Source of the DNA: Bacilli bacterium
GTDB lineage: Bacteria; Bacillota_I; Bacilli_A; RF39; UBA660
Assembly: GCA_017411405.1 (NCBI GenBank)
Contig: JAFQQE010000015.1
Span: 25,204-89,203 of the forward strand
Direction: 5' to 3'
DNA length: 64,000 nucleotides
Below the pieces are notes generated by a model. It was given only the letters and a program-made list of their open reading frames with translations, did no database searches and had not been told where the DNA came from. The stretch's first letter is position 1, and every line of letters starts with the position of its first letter. The translations under genes were made by a program, and so were the position numbers. Positions 26,979 through 37,415 of this stretch are shown in pieces.

Positions 26979-28754
26979 TTATTTATTCTTTTTTAATGTG
27001 TATTTAGATTTATCAAATGCTATTATCATCATAAATATTACATCTAAGAATATTAGTCCAACTGTAAATAAATCGGATTTTCCAAATGCTTTAGCTAATT
27101 TAACATATACGTAAACCATAACAGCTATATTAACAATTGGTATTAACAATAATAAACATGATAATCCAGGTAATCCAACTACTTTAAATAATACATAAAT
27201 GTTATAGAAAGGAATTATTGCTTCCCAACCATGTCTACCAGCTTTTTTGAAAATTTTCCATAAAGCTACTAAAGAAATTATTAAAGCAACTGAACAAATA
27301 CCTATTAAAATCATTAATACTACAAAAGATATCTTAGTTAATTTGTCTATTCCATATATTGTTAATAATGATACTAAAATAATAGCACCTAACATAATCA
27401 ATAAGAATTTCCAAATATGTTTAATCCAATCTTTATATGGAATATCTAAATAAGATAAACCAATAAATAATATAGCACTAGTTGGAGCAACAAATGATAC
27501 TAATCCAAATGTAGATTGTAATATTAAAGCTACAACATTTAAATCATTTGCATAATTAGTTGTAAAGAAAGAATATAATATATTTGCAGTATATTGATAT
27601 TCACTAGTAAATAAACCTGTGATAATACCTGAAATAGTAGTTGTAGCAATATTAAATGTAGAACCCAATATCTTACTAATTATTGTAGGTATTACAGGAT
27701 ACATTACAGTAAACTCAAGTACTATATATGCTAATAATAGAATAACAACTAATTTACTAGTTTTTTTAAATCCAGTACCAAATGATTCTATAACATCATT
27801 AAATGATTTTTTATAACAAAGTTTTAATACTAAAACACTTAATAACATTACTATTTGAACCCCAAAAATATCCCATGCACCAAATTCACTTACATTACCT
27901 AATATATAAGAGAATATAGGAACATTAAATACTTTAACTGAAGTTACCCAATTATAAGCATTAGTAAACCATTCAACTTGGAAAACATCTTTCCATGGTA
28001 AATAAGCAAGTAATACTGTAATAATAGCAATAATACCAACAATTATTATTGGAATTATACTATTTTTCTCATCTTTACTATCACTATTTTCAAATAAATC
28101 TTCTACTTTTTCTTCTTTAGCAGTATTTTTTAAAGATTTACTAATATGTAAAGCATTAAATACACTATAAACAGTAAATGCAATAATAAATAATATAATT
28201 CTTTCAATCATATTATCACTATATTTTAAACCAAAATAAGTAACATTCATTCCAACAATTTTAGAACTAATTATAGAACCAATTACACCAACTAATAAAG
28301 AACCAAATGTAGATGCAAATATAGATATTTTATCTAATTTAGCTTTACTTAATATAGTTATAATAAATGGTAAAAATGCTATTAAAATATAGTATTCATT
28401 AACCATACTAGCTAATACTGCTAATAAATAACTAATTACTAAAGAGAATATTATTTCCTTTCCTTTAATTTTTTTAGCAATTGAACTAGTTAACTTTTGA
28501 TAAGCTTCTATACTTGATAAAAATTGATAAAAACCACCTAAAACAAATAAGAAAGTAACTAAAACAGTAAAATAATACATACCTAATAATCCATAAGTAA
28601 AGAAATCAAATATACCAATTCTAGTAATTTCACTTTCAACTAATTCTCCTGCATTAAAATATCCTTGAGGTATAGCCCATGTTAAAACTAATGTTAACAA
28701 AATCATAATCAAAGATATTTTAATTAAATCATGTTTTTCAAAAAACTTTTTCAT
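26979..28754 (-). CDS. YfcC-like (DcuC/AbgT-type) permease fused to a C-terminal DUF5684-like membrane module
   Basis: 591 aa. The N-terminal ~480 aa are polytopic, with a YfcC-like start (TWAIPQGYF...LGGFYQFL...KKIKGKE). The C-terminal LWKIFKKAGRHGWEAIIPFYNIYVLFKVVGLPG...AKAFGKSDLFTVGLIFL matches the DUF5684 pattern. Confidence 0.6.
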   Translation of the reverse strand: MKKFFEKHDLIKISLIMILLTLVLTWAIPQGYFNAGELVESEITRIGIFDFFTYGLLGMYYFTVLVTFLFVLGGFYQFLSSIEAYQKLTSSIAKKIKGKEIIFSLVISYLLAVLASMVNEYYILIAFLPFIITILSKAKLDKISIFASTFGSLLVGVIGSIISSKIVGMNVTYFGLKYSDNMIERIILFIIAFTVYSVFNALHISKSLKNTAKEEKVEDLFENSDSKDEKNSIIPIIIVGIIAIITVLLAYLPWKDVFQVEWFTNAYNWVTSVKVFNVPIFSYILGNVSEFGAWDIFGVQIVMLLSVLVLKLCYKKSFNDVIESFGTGFKKTSKLVVILLLAYIVLEFTVMYPVIPTIISKILGSTFNIATTTISGIITGLFTSEYQYTANILYSFFTTNYANDLNVVALILQSTFGLVSFVAPTSAILFIGLSYLDIPYKDWIKHIWKFLLIMLGAIILVSLLTIYGIDKLTKISFVVLMILIGICSVALIISLVALWKIFKKAGRHGWEAIIPFYNIYVLFKVVGLPGLSCLLLLIPIVNIAVMVYVYVKLAKAFGKSDLFTVGLIFLDVIFMMIIAFDKSKYTLKKNK

Positions 28755-28845
28755 TTTCTAACCTCCTCTTAATAATTATAACATAATTTGTAGTCTGTAT
28801 AGTGTTTTTCAACAAAATTTCACAAAAAAAGAACTAATTTTTCAA

Positions 28846-30330
28846 TTAATTCCTTTGTTTCATAGTTGGGAATAAGATAACATCTCTAATAGAATCACTT
28901 TCAGTAAATAACATACATAATCTATCTATTCCATAACCAATTCCACCAGCTGGTGGCATACCATATTCTAAAGCTTCAATGAAATCCATATCAATATCAT
29001 TAGCTTCATCATTTCCTAATTCTCTTTCTTTCAATTGATTTTCAAATCTTTCTAATTGATCTATCGGATCATTTAACTCTGTATAAGCATTAGCAAATTC
29101 TTTTCCTCCAATAAATAATTCAAATCTATCAACAAATCTAGGATCGTCTGGATTAGCCTTAGTTAATGGAGAAATTTCAACTGGATGACCATATAAGAAT
29201 GTAGGTTGAATTAATGTTTCTTCTACGTAACGTTCAAAGAATAAATTAATAATATGCCCCACATTTTCTTGATGACTTTCCACTACTATATCGTGTGCAC
29301 TAGCTAATTTCATAGCTTCTTCAACAGTCATTTCTTTACTAAAATCTATTCCTGTCTTTTCTTTTATAGCATCAACCATGCTAATTCTTTTCCAAGTTCC
29401 ATCTAAATTAATTTCATTTCCACACCAATTAAAAGTATATTTTCCAAAAACTTCTTTAGCAATAGTTTTATACATTGCTTCAGTCATTTCCATCATACCT
29501 TCTAAATTAGAATAAGCTAAGTATGCTTCCATTAAAGTGAATTCTGGATTATGTTTAGGATCCATACCTTCATTTCTAAATGTTCTACCAATCTCATATA
29601 CAGCTTCCATACCACCAACTAAAAGTCTTTTTAAAGGTAACTCTAAAGCTATACGTAAATACATATCTAAATCTTGAGTATTATGATGAGTTTCAAAAGG
29701 TCTAGCACTCGCTCCAGTTAATAAAGTTTGTAATACTGGAGTCTCTACTTCAACAAAACCTCTATTATCCATAAAATTTTGTATACATCTAATAATCTTT
29801 GGTCTAGTAAATGCAATCTTTTTAGCATCTTCATTCATTATTAGATCAACATATCTTCTTCTATATCTTTCTTCGATATCAGTTAAACCATGAAATTTTT
29901 CAGGAAGTGGTCTTAAGGCTTTAACTAAATGAGTATACTCTAAACATTTTAAAGTGACTTCACCAGTCTTAGTTTTCATAACACGACCTTTAACACCAAC
30001 GATATCACCTAAATCAGCAGATTTAAATAATTCATAAGTTTCTTCACCAACATCATTTATAGAAATATAAATTTGCATCATACCTGTTTTATCTTGTATA
30101 GAAAAGAACGAAGCTTTGCCCATCTTTCTTATAAACATTATTCTTCCTGCTACAACAAATTCATCATTAATATTTTCAAATTCATCATGTTCAACATCTT
30201 TATATTTTTCTTTAATTTCTAAGTTAAAAGCAGTTCTATCAAATCTATTCCCATAAGGATCTATACCTAATGCTTTAATCTTATCTGCTTTTTCTCTTCT
30301 AATAATTTCTTGATCAGTAAATTCACGCAT
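28846..30330 (-). CDS. lysS: lysine--tRNA ligase (class II)
   Basis: 494 aa. OB-fold N-terminal domain and class II motifs (FRNEG, GGIGYGIDRL). Confidence 0.97.
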   Translation of the reverse strand: MREFTDQEIIRREKADKIKALGIDPYGNRFDRTAFNLEIKEKYKDVEHDEFENINDEFVVAGRIMFIRKMGKASFFSIQDKTGMMQIYISINDVGEETYELFKSADLGDIVGVKGRVMKTKTGEVTLKCLEYTHLVKALRPLPEKFHGLTDIEERYRRRYVDLIMNEDAKKIAFTRPKIIRCIQNFMDNRGFVEVETPVLQTLLTGASARPFETHHNTQDLDMYLRIALELPLKRLLVGGMEAVYEIGRTFRNEGMDPKHNPEFTLMEAYLAYSNLEGMMEMTEAMYKTIAKEVFGKYTFNWCGNEINLDGTWKRISMVDAIKEKTGIDFSKEMTVEEAMKLASAHDIVVESHQENVGHIINLFFERYVEETLIQPTFLYGHPVEISPLTKANPDDPRFVDRFELFIGGKEFANAYTELNDPIDQLERFENQLKERELGNDEANDIDMDFIEALEYGMPPAGGIGYGIDRLCMLFTESDSIRDVILFPTMKQRN

Positions 30331-30429
30331 AATTAATCAACTTCTTTCGTCCAATAGTATACTAGTATTTTTTAAAAAAATCAACATATAAGAATAAAAT
30401 TATTCATATATTTAAATGAGGTGAAATAA

Positions 30430-30759
30430 GTGAACGGTACATATTACCAAAATCCAACATTTCCAACAGCAACATCTAACAATTATACAGATACTATAGT
30501 ACCTGTTGGAACAAATTTAACAATGGAACAAAGTTACATTGAAAATATTCTTAGACTTAATAAAGGTAAAAAAGTCAAAGTATATGCAGCATTCCCTGAC
30601 TCTTTAGATTGGAAAGATTCTATTTACAACGGAATAATAGAACAAGCAGGAAGAGATCACCTAATAATAAGTAATCCTGAAACAGGAAAATGGTATCTAA
30701 TTCCAATGATATATTTAAACTTTGTTGAATTCGATGAAAGAGTTAATTATCAACTATAA
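30430..30759 (+). CDS. gerQ: spore coat protein GerQ-like
   Basis: 109 aa with a GTG start after a GAGGTG RBS. SYIENILRLNKGKKVKVY...GIIEQAGRDHLIISNPETGKWYLIPMIYLNFVEFDE closely follows the GerQ/YwdL conserved core. Confidence 0.7.
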   Translation: MNGTYYQNPTFPTATSNNYTDTIVPVGTNLTMEQSYIENILRLNKGKKVKVYAAFPDSLDWKDSIYNGIIEQAGRDHLIISNPETGKWYLIPMIYLNFVEFDERVNYQL

Positions 30760-30783
30760 AAAATTATCACGAACGATAATTTT

Positions 30784-31299
30784 TTATTTTATATAACTTT
30801 CTAACATGTTTTTCTCATCACTTAATGTAGTTGATTCCCCATGACCCGGATAAATATTATAGTTTATATTAGTTTCGATTAACTTAGTTATACTATCCTT
30901 CATCAAATTAAAATCTCCACCCAAATCCCATCTGCCAATACAACCCTTAAATATAAAATCACCACTAAACATAATATTATCAAATATAAAACTAATAGAA
31001 TCCATAGTATGACCAGGATTATAATTAACTAAAAAATCAAATGTAGAAATTTTATTGAATCCTTCTTTTAAATTTTCAAAATTATATAAAATTACTTTAT
31101 AGTATTCTAAACAATTCTTTATAGCACCAACATGATCAAAATGATTATGAGTTAAAAGTATACCAACTACTTTTTTATCTACATTATTCTTTATAACTTC
31201 AAAATCACTTCCTGGATCAATAATCAAACATTCATTATCATTTTCTAAAATGTAACAATTAGTTTCTAGCATACCAACAATAAGTCTTTTTATTTTCAT
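30784..31299 (-). CDS. MBL-fold metallo-hydrolase (glyoxalase II-like)
   Basis: 171 aa with THNHFDHVG (HxHxDH) and a downstream GH motif. Confidence 0.85.
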   Translation of the reverse strand: MKIKRLIVGMLETNCYILENDNECLIIDPGSDFEVIKNNVDKKVVGILLTHNHFDHVGAIKNCLEYYKVILYNFENLKEGFNKISTFDFLVNYNPGHTMDSISFIFDNIMFSGDFIFKGCIGRWDLGGDFNLMKDSITKLIETNINYNIYPGHGESTTLSDEKNMLESYIK

Positions 31300-31368
31300 A
31301 ATTAAACACCCACAAATATTTTACAATAATTATAAACTTTATGCTATAATTATTCTAGGTGAAATAAA

Positions 31369-31917
31369 ATGAAGTTAATAATGATAATAATACTAATAAT
31401 AATTATAATACTAGGAACAATAATAGTAGAATATATATTAAACTACAATAAATTACAATCATTAAATATAAAAATAAATGAATCAGAAAGTATAATAGAT
31501 AATGAATTACGTAATAAATATGATTTAATAATAAGATCTTCTAATATAATAAATAAATTATTAAAAAAAGAAATATCTTATTTTAAAGAATTAGAAGAAT
31601 TAAAGACAAAGAAAATATCTAACTTCGAAATGGATAGAAAAATAACTGAAGGAGAAAACTTAATTGAAAAAGTTAAAAACGATTATAACTCTTTAAATGA
31701 TAACGAAGAATATTTAGATATTACAAATTCATTAAAAGATAGTGATGAAGTATTGGAAGCAGCCAAATCATTTTATAACAAATACACTACAGAAATAAAT
31801 CTTATTATAAAAAAATTTCCAACTAATTTAATAGCTAAAATACATAAAATAAAATTAAGAAACTACTTTGATGGAAAAAATATGTTTGATGACGAAATAA
31901 AAGATTTTAAATTATAA
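31369..31917 (+). CDS. lemA: LemA family protein
   Basis: 182 aa. N-terminal TM helix. LemA-like segments (ELRNKYDLI, AKSFYNKYTTEINLIIKKFPTNLIA). Confidence 0.75.
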   Translation: MKLIMIIILIIIIILGTIIVEYILNYNKLQSLNIKINESESIIDNELRNKYDLIIRSSNIINKLLKKEISYFKELEELKTKKISNFEMDRKITEGENLIEKVKNDYNSLNDNEEYLDITNSLKDSDEVLEAAKSFYNKYTTEINLIIKKFPTNLIAKIHKIKLRNYFDGKNMFDDEIKDFKL

Positions 31918-31933
31918 TTAATAGGGCAGTACC

Positions 31934-33871
31934 ATGAATAAATATTTAAAAAATATATTATCATTTTTTATTAATTTTTTTACGTTAAATTATTTAGAAA
32001 TATTATTTAAAATATTTTGTATAAATAATATATTTAACACAAACATAATACACATATTATTATTTAATTTAATAATTTCTTTAATAATAACATTTATAAC
32101 ATCACTATTTAACCAAAAGACAAACAAAATTATTTCAAATATTGTTTTATTGTTAATAACTTTATACTTTTGCACATGTACTATATATAAATTAAAATTA
32201 GATGTATTTTTTTCAATAAATAGTTTAGGTCTTGCAAATCAGCTTGTATCATTTATAAAAGATACTTTAACTACAATTATAAAAAATACACATATTATAA
32301 TTATAATGTTTATTCCTTTCATATTTACTTTAATATTTAACAAAAAAATAAATTATAATAAAAAAAATATTAAAGAATTAATAATAAATACCATATTTTT
32401 AATAACATCAATTATAATATTTCTTATACTATTACAAATTAATAAAAAAGAAGAATATTCAGCATATAACTTATTTTATAAAAACAATAATCATTCTTTA
32501 TCAGTAGAAAAACTAGGAATAAATATATCAACTTTTATAGAAGTTAAAAACAAAATATTGAATAAAAAAGAAAAAATAACCCATATCCAAGAAAACAAAG
32601 AAAATATAACAAACGAAGTTGTAGATTATAATACCTTAAATATAAACTTTACAAATTCAGATAGTGAAATAATAAATTCCATGAATGAATACATAAAAAA
32701 TGATTCTGGAACAAATAAAAATAAATATACAGGATTATATAAAGATAAAAATTTAATATTAATAATGGCAGAAAGTTTTAATTCTATTGCAGTATCTAAA
32801 GAATTAACTCCAACATTATATAAATTATCTAACGAAGCTTTTGTTTTTGAAAACTTTTATTCACCAGTAATATTAAGTACAATTGGTGGCGAGTTTCAAT
32901 TGTTAACTGGTCTATATCCAAATATAAACCTACTATCCAAAATATGGAGAAAAGGAAACAACTACTTTGAATATGGAATAGGAAATGTTTTTAACAAAAT
33001 CAATTATAAAACTTTTGCATATCATAACAATCAATATAATTTTCAAAATAGAGATAAATATTTAAAATCAATTGGTTTTAACAATTATATTGGTTGCAAT
33101 AATGGACTTGAAAAAAAAATTAATTGTAATATATGGCCAGAAAGTGATGTAGAATTAATAGAAGCAACTACTGAAGATTACTTATATATAAACGAGCCAT
33201 TTATGACATACTACGTTACTGTAAGTGGTCATATGAATTATAACTGGAAAAATGCAATGAGCAAAAAACATAAAAATTTAGTTGATAATCTACCATACAG
33301 CGAAAAAGTAAAGGCATATATAGCAACACAAATAGAATTAGATAAAGCACTAGAAAAATTAATTTTAGAATTAGAAAAAGCTAACAAATTAGAAAGTACA
33401 GTAATCGCATTAGTAGGAGATCACTATCCATATGAATTAACAATAGACGAAATAAACGAGGCTTCAAACTACGAAAAAGATAATATAATAGAGATCAATA
33501 GAAGCAACTTTATATTATGGAATAAAAACACACCCACTACTAAAATAGAAAAAATAGGAAGCCAAATAGATGTACTACCTACCTTATTAAACTTATTTGG
33601 AATAGAATACGACTCTAGATTAATTGTAGGAAAAGATATTCTTTCAAATACAGAAGGAATAGCAATATTTTCGAATAATAGTTGGATAAGCGATAAAGGA
33701 AAATATTTTAGTAATAGTAATAAATTCATTCCAAAAAACAATAATAGTATAATACCAGAAAATTATATTAAAACCACAAATATAAATGTAAATCAAAAAA
33801 TATTAATGAGTAAAAATATAATAAAAGAAAATTATTATTATTACTTATTTAAAAACAAAGAAACTAGTTAA
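31934..33871 (+). CDS. LTA synthase (LtaS) family sulfatase-fold protein, second paralogue
   Basis: 645 aa. Multi-TM N-terminus plus a sulfatase-type domain (LIMAESFNS, TIGGEF, VGDHYP). Confidence 0.85.
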   Translation: MNKYLKNILSFFINFFTLNYLEILFKIFCINNIFNTNIIHILLFNLIISLIITFITSLFNQKTNKIISNIVLLLITLYFCTCTIYKLKLDVFFSINSLGLANQLVSFIKDTLTTIIKNTHIIIIMFIPFIFTLIFNKKINYNKKNIKELIINTIFLITSIIIFLILLQINKKEEYSAYNLFYKNNNHSLSVEKLGINISTFIEVKNKILNKKEKITHIQENKENITNEVVDYNTLNINFTNSDSEIINSMNEYIKNDSGTNKNKYTGLYKDKNLILIMAESFNSIAVSKELTPTLYKLSNEAFVFENFYSPVILSTIGGEFQLLTGLYPNINLLSKIWRKGNNYFEYGIGNVFNKINYKTFAYHNNQYNFQNRDKYLKSIGFNNYIGCNNGLEKKINCNIWPESDVELIEATTEDYLYINEPFMTYYVTVSGHMNYNWKNAMSKKHKNLVDNLPYSEKVKAYIATQIELDKALEKLILELEKANKLESTVIALVGDHYPYELTIDEINEASNYEKDNIIEINRSNFILWNKNTPTTKIEKIGSQIDVLPTLLNLFGIEYDSRLIVGKDILSNTEGIAIFSNNSWISDKGKYFSNSNKFIPKNNNSIIPENYIKTTNINVNQKILMSKNIIKENYYYYLFKNKETS

Positions 33872-33886
33872 AACTAGTTTCTTTTT
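33857..33886 (+). terminator. rho-independent terminator
   Basis: AAAGAAACTAGTT/AACTAGTTTCTTT near-perfect hairpin spanning the stop codon, followed by Ts. Confidence 0.7.
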
Positions 33887-34026
33887 ACGAATTAGTGCTA
33901 ACTAACCCAACCCTATAGCAATATTCTATTCTTGCTACTTTAAATATATTACTTTACAATATACTTTTCAATAGATTTATAGTTTGTTTACATACCAACT
34001 TTACATTCTCTAAACAAAAAAAGAAG

Positions 34027-34689
34027 TTACTTAACTTCCCAATTGATCGCACTACTACCATTTTCAATTAAAATTTTATTACATTTACTAAAAGGTTTGC
34101 TTCCAAAAAAACCATTTCTAGCACTAAAAGGACTTGGATGTGTACTTTCTATAACGAAATGTTTTGGATTAGTTATCAAAGACTTTTTACTTCTGGCAAA
34201 ATTACCCCATAATATATATACAACAACTTCATCTTTTTTTTCTATTCTTTTTATAATTTCATCTGTAAAATCTTGCCATCCAAGATTTTTATGGCTTGCA
34301 GGGCAATCTTTTCTAACTGTTAAAACACTATTTAAAAGTAATACTCCCTCATTTGCCCAACAAGTTAAATTTCCACTCTTACTTGGTATAATTCCTAAAT
34401 CATCATATAATTCTTTGTATATATTTTGTAAACTAGGAGGAAGTTTTTCACATAAAACACTAAATGATAAACCATGAGCTTCACCTACTCCATGATAAGG
34501 ATCTTGACCAACTATAACAACCTTTACCTTATTATATGGTGTTAATTTTATAGCATTAAATACCTCTTGTTTTATTGGAAAACAAGTATTTTTATTATAT
34601 TCATCATTTACTTTTAATATTAATTCTCTAAAACTATTAGATTCAAATATATCTTTTAATACTATATCCCAATCATTACCTATATGCAT
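34027..34689 (-). CDS. ung: uracil-DNA glycosylase (family 1)
   Basis: GQDPYHG water-activating motif and HPSPFSA leucine-loop region. The start is placed at the ATG at 34689 to avoid overlapping rlmH. Confidence 0.93.
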   Translation of the reverse strand: MHIGNDWDIVLKDIFESNSFRELILKVNDEYNKNTCFPIKQEVFNAIKLTPYNKVKVVIVGQDPYHGVGEAHGLSFSVLCEKLPPSLQNIYKELYDDLGIIPSKSGNLTCWANEGVLLLNSVLTVRKDCPASHKNLGWQDFTDEIIKRIEKKDEVVVYILWGNFARSKKSLITNPKHFVIESTHPSPFSARNGFFGSKPFSKCNKILIENGSSAINWEVK

Positions 34690-34699
34690 AAAACCACTC

Positions 34700-35134
34700 C
34701 TACTTATGATAAGTTTCATTATTTAAGATTTTAAAACTTCTATAAATTTGTTCTAATAATACTCCTCTAAATAAACCATGAGGAAAAGTTAAACAACTAA
34801 AACTTAATGCAAAATTACTTCTTTTCTTTATCTCATCACTTATTCCTAAAGAACCACCAATTATAAAAGTAATATTACCATAATTCATTAACCAATCATC
34901 TATTTTTTTACTTAATTCTATACTGTTAATTTTATTACCATCAATATCTAAAGTAACAATAAAATCTCCAGGCTTAATATATTTACCAATTTCTATTGCT
35001 TCTTTATCTATATCACTATCTTTTAATTCTATTAATTCTATTTTATGATACTTTTTTATTCTTTCATAATAATCATTAACTAAGTCAATTAAATATTTTT
35101 CTTTTAATTTACCTACACATATAACTTTTATCAT
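34700..35134 (-). CDS. rlmH: 23S rRNA (pseudouridine1915-N3)-methyltransferase RlmH
   Basis: 144-aa SPOUT protein. It starts MIKVICVGKLKEKYL and has the FSCLTFPHGL C-terminal motif. Confidence 0.9.
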   Translation of the reverse strand: MIKVICVGKLKEKYLIDLVNDYYERIKKYHKIELIELKDSDIDKEAIEIGKYIKPGDFIVTLDIDGNKINSIELSKKIDDWLMNYGNITFIIGGSLGISDEIKKRSNFALSFSCLTFPHGLFRGVLLEQIYRSFKILNNETYHK

Positions 35135-35895
35135 ATTATAAAATTCTCCGTTTTCTCATTTTGCTTAGCAACATATATATTATTAAACTCTATATTATAT
35201 TCATTTAATGTATCTTTTAAAGTTGCAATTGCTATATCTTCAGTATTATTTTCATGACTTAAATGTGCTAATATAATATAGTTAGTATTTTCTCCTATTA
35301 ATTTTGATAAATATAAACTACTAGCATTATTAGATAAATGTCCTTTATCACCAAATACTCTTTGTTTCAACCAAGTTGGATAACTCCCATGCATAAGCAT
35401 TTCAACATCATGATTACTCTCCATTATATACATAGTTTTATTTCTAAGTTTATCAAAATATTTATTATTTATATAACCAGTATCTGTTATATATACAAGA
35501 GATGAATTGTTATTGGAAAATATATATCCCTTAGATTCACTAGCATCATGACTAGTATTTATTATATCTACATGTATATCTTCTAATTCTAATTCATCTA
35601 CTAATATAATAATATCTTCATATTCATTTAAATATTTTAAATCCATAAACATTTTTGCACCCATACAAATAACTGGATTATATTTTTTTATAAAACTTTC
35701 TAAAGCTCCAATATGATCTTTATGAGTATGAGTTAAAAATATATAATTAATATCTTCTGGTTTAGTATCAAGTTCTTTTAATTTTTGAGTTAAATACTTC
35801 ATGTTCATACCAGCATCAACTAATATATTTAATTTATCTGTTTTAATTAATGTTGAATTCCCTTTAGATCCACTTGCTAATACACTTACTAACAC
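35131..35895 (-). CDS. MBL-fold metallo-hydrolase (YycJ/WalJ-like)
   Basis: SVLASGSKGNSTLI and LTHTHKDHIG motifs. The start is ambiguous: TTG at 35913 or GTG at 35895, the latter preceded by GGGAG. Confidence 0.85.
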   Translation of the reverse strand: MLVSVLASGSKGNSTLIKTDKLNILVDAGMNMKYLTQKLKELDTKPEDINYIFLTHTHKDHIGALESFIKKYNPVICMGAKMFMDLKYLNEYEDIIILVDELELEDIHVDIINTSHDASESKGYIFSNNNSSLVYITDTGYINNKYFDKLRNKTMYIMESNHDVEMLMHGSYPTWLKQRVFGDKGHLSNNASSLYLSKLIGENTNYIILAHLSHENNTEDIAIATLKDTLNEYNIEFNNIYVAKQNEKTENFII

Positions 35896-37406
35896 GAGAA
35901 CAAGCTCCCACAAGGATTTACAAATTTGCCACCAGTATAAGGATAACCTATAGTAAAACCTAAATGTAAATGTGTTCCAGTAGAACGTCCAGTGTTACCC
36001 ATAGTACCTATTTGTTGTCCACGACTCACAGTTTGTCCAACACTAACTATATCTTTAGCCATATGCATATAAATAGTATAATAATTATTTCCATGGGCTA
36101 TATAAACATAATTTCCCATAGAGTAATGATATCCAGCTTCTACTACCACACCATTACCTACTGAATATATTGGTGAACCATGTCCACATCCTGATATATC
36201 TATACCTTTATGTAATTCTCCCCATCGCCATCCATATCTACTTGTTATAACGTATGGAGTTATAGTAGGCCATGCCCAACTATCATTAGAAAAATCTGTA
36301 TCAAAATATTCATAACCACCGGTTGATGCATATTTTTTTGTACCTTTTTTAACAATTTTATTTACAGCTGGTATCAATTCAGTTTTATTAGTAATAACAA
36401 GACCTTGAATTTCTCCATTAATATACTGTATCTTTTCAGTAACTCTTGTTTCACCATTTTGCCCTTGTTGTATAGTTTCTTTAGTTCCAACATATTTTGT
36501 ATCATCTTCTTGATATTCAGTTTCAAAAGGAACCTCAACATCCTCTATTTTTTCAGTTTCATATACGATATTAACAAGAGGATCAATTAATGCAGTATTA
36601 ACAACTTGACCTGCACTAAGTAAAACATTAGCACTAGTAAAATTCGGATTTGCTACCAAAAATTCATCTACATTTAAATTATTAGCTTCCGCAACACTAG
36701 CAATATTATCTCCAAATTTAACAGTATATTTTTTACCTTCTTCTAAAGTACCAAATAATAAATACTTACTTATATCATTACTATTAATGTAAATATGATC
36801 TTCTACACTCAAAAAATCTTCTTTTATTTTAATATCTTCTTGCCAATAAACATTCTCTATTTTAGATCCGGTTTCAACTATTTCTAATTGAGTACCATTT
36901 TTATATCTATCTAAATCTTCGCTACCTATGAAAGCTGCAATTGTATTATAAAATCCATCTTCAAAATCTTCTTTTCTTAATACATTTAAAGTAATAGGAT
37001 CTTTAATAATTTCTTTTCCTTCCTCTTCTTCACTTTCTTCAGGTTTATATGTAATTGTTACTTTATAACCACTTACAGTAAATGGCTCTTTATCCTTTAT
37101 CTTTTCATATACTTTATTTATAGAAATAATGTCGTCTTCATAAGTAACAATACTTTGTATATCAAGACCATTAGGAGGATATACTTTGTCTACATTATAT
37201 TTCTTCTTAATAGCAATTTGTTCTTTATCTATTAAATTCAATAATTTTTCTTTATCTTCAATTAAACCAATCTTTTCTCCATTTAAATATACTTGATATA
37301 AATTATTAGGCTCTTTTTCTTTCTTTAAATCAATCCCCATAAAGAATACTATAATTCCAATTAAGATAGTAACAATTACCCCCATAATCTTACTTACCGT
37401 ATTCAT
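35889..37406 (-). CDS. M23 family metallopeptidase with LysM and G5-like domains
   Basis: 505 aa. N-terminal TM helix, LysM-like segment (VKFGDNIASVAEANNLNVDEFLVANP), G5-like segment (QQGQNGETRVTEKIQYINGE), and M23 motifs HKGIDISG and GRSTGTHLHLG. Confidence 0.9.
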   Translation of the reverse strand: MNTVSKIMGVIVTILIGIIVFFMGIDLKKEKEPNNLYQVYLNGEKIGLIEDKEKLLNLIDKEQIAIKKKYNVDKVYPPNGLDIQSIVTYEDDIISINKVYEKIKDKEPFTVSGYKVTITYKPEESEEEEGKEIIKDPITLNVLRKEDFEDGFYNTIAAFIGSEDLDRYKNGTQLEIVETGSKIENVYWQEDIKIKEDFLSVEDHIYINSNDISKYLLFGTLEEGKKYTVKFGDNIASVAEANNLNVDEFLVANPNFTSANVLLSAGQVVNTALIDPLVNIVYETEKIEDVEVPFETEYQEDDTKYVGTKETIQQGQNGETRVTEKIQYINGEIQGLVITNKTELIPAVNKIVKKGTKKYASTGGYEYFDTDFSNDSWAWPTITPYVITSRYGWRWGELHKGIDISGCGHGSPIYSVGNGVVVEAGYHYSMGNYVYIAHGNNYYTIYMHMAKDIVSVGQTVSRGQQIGTMGNTGRSTGTHLHLGFTIGYPYTGGKFVNPCGSLFSC

Positions 37407-37415
37407 TTATTCACC

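Noticed and set aside
30331-30429. Possible riboswitch or T-box upstream of lysS
   Set aside because: The intergenic region is only about 100 nt and is shared with the divergent GerQ-like gene. No T-box (GGTGGTACCGCG) or L-box-like sequence is visible.
34043-34477. 144-aa plus-strand ORF
   Set aside because: It is entirely antisense to the well-supported ung gene and has no motif or RBS.
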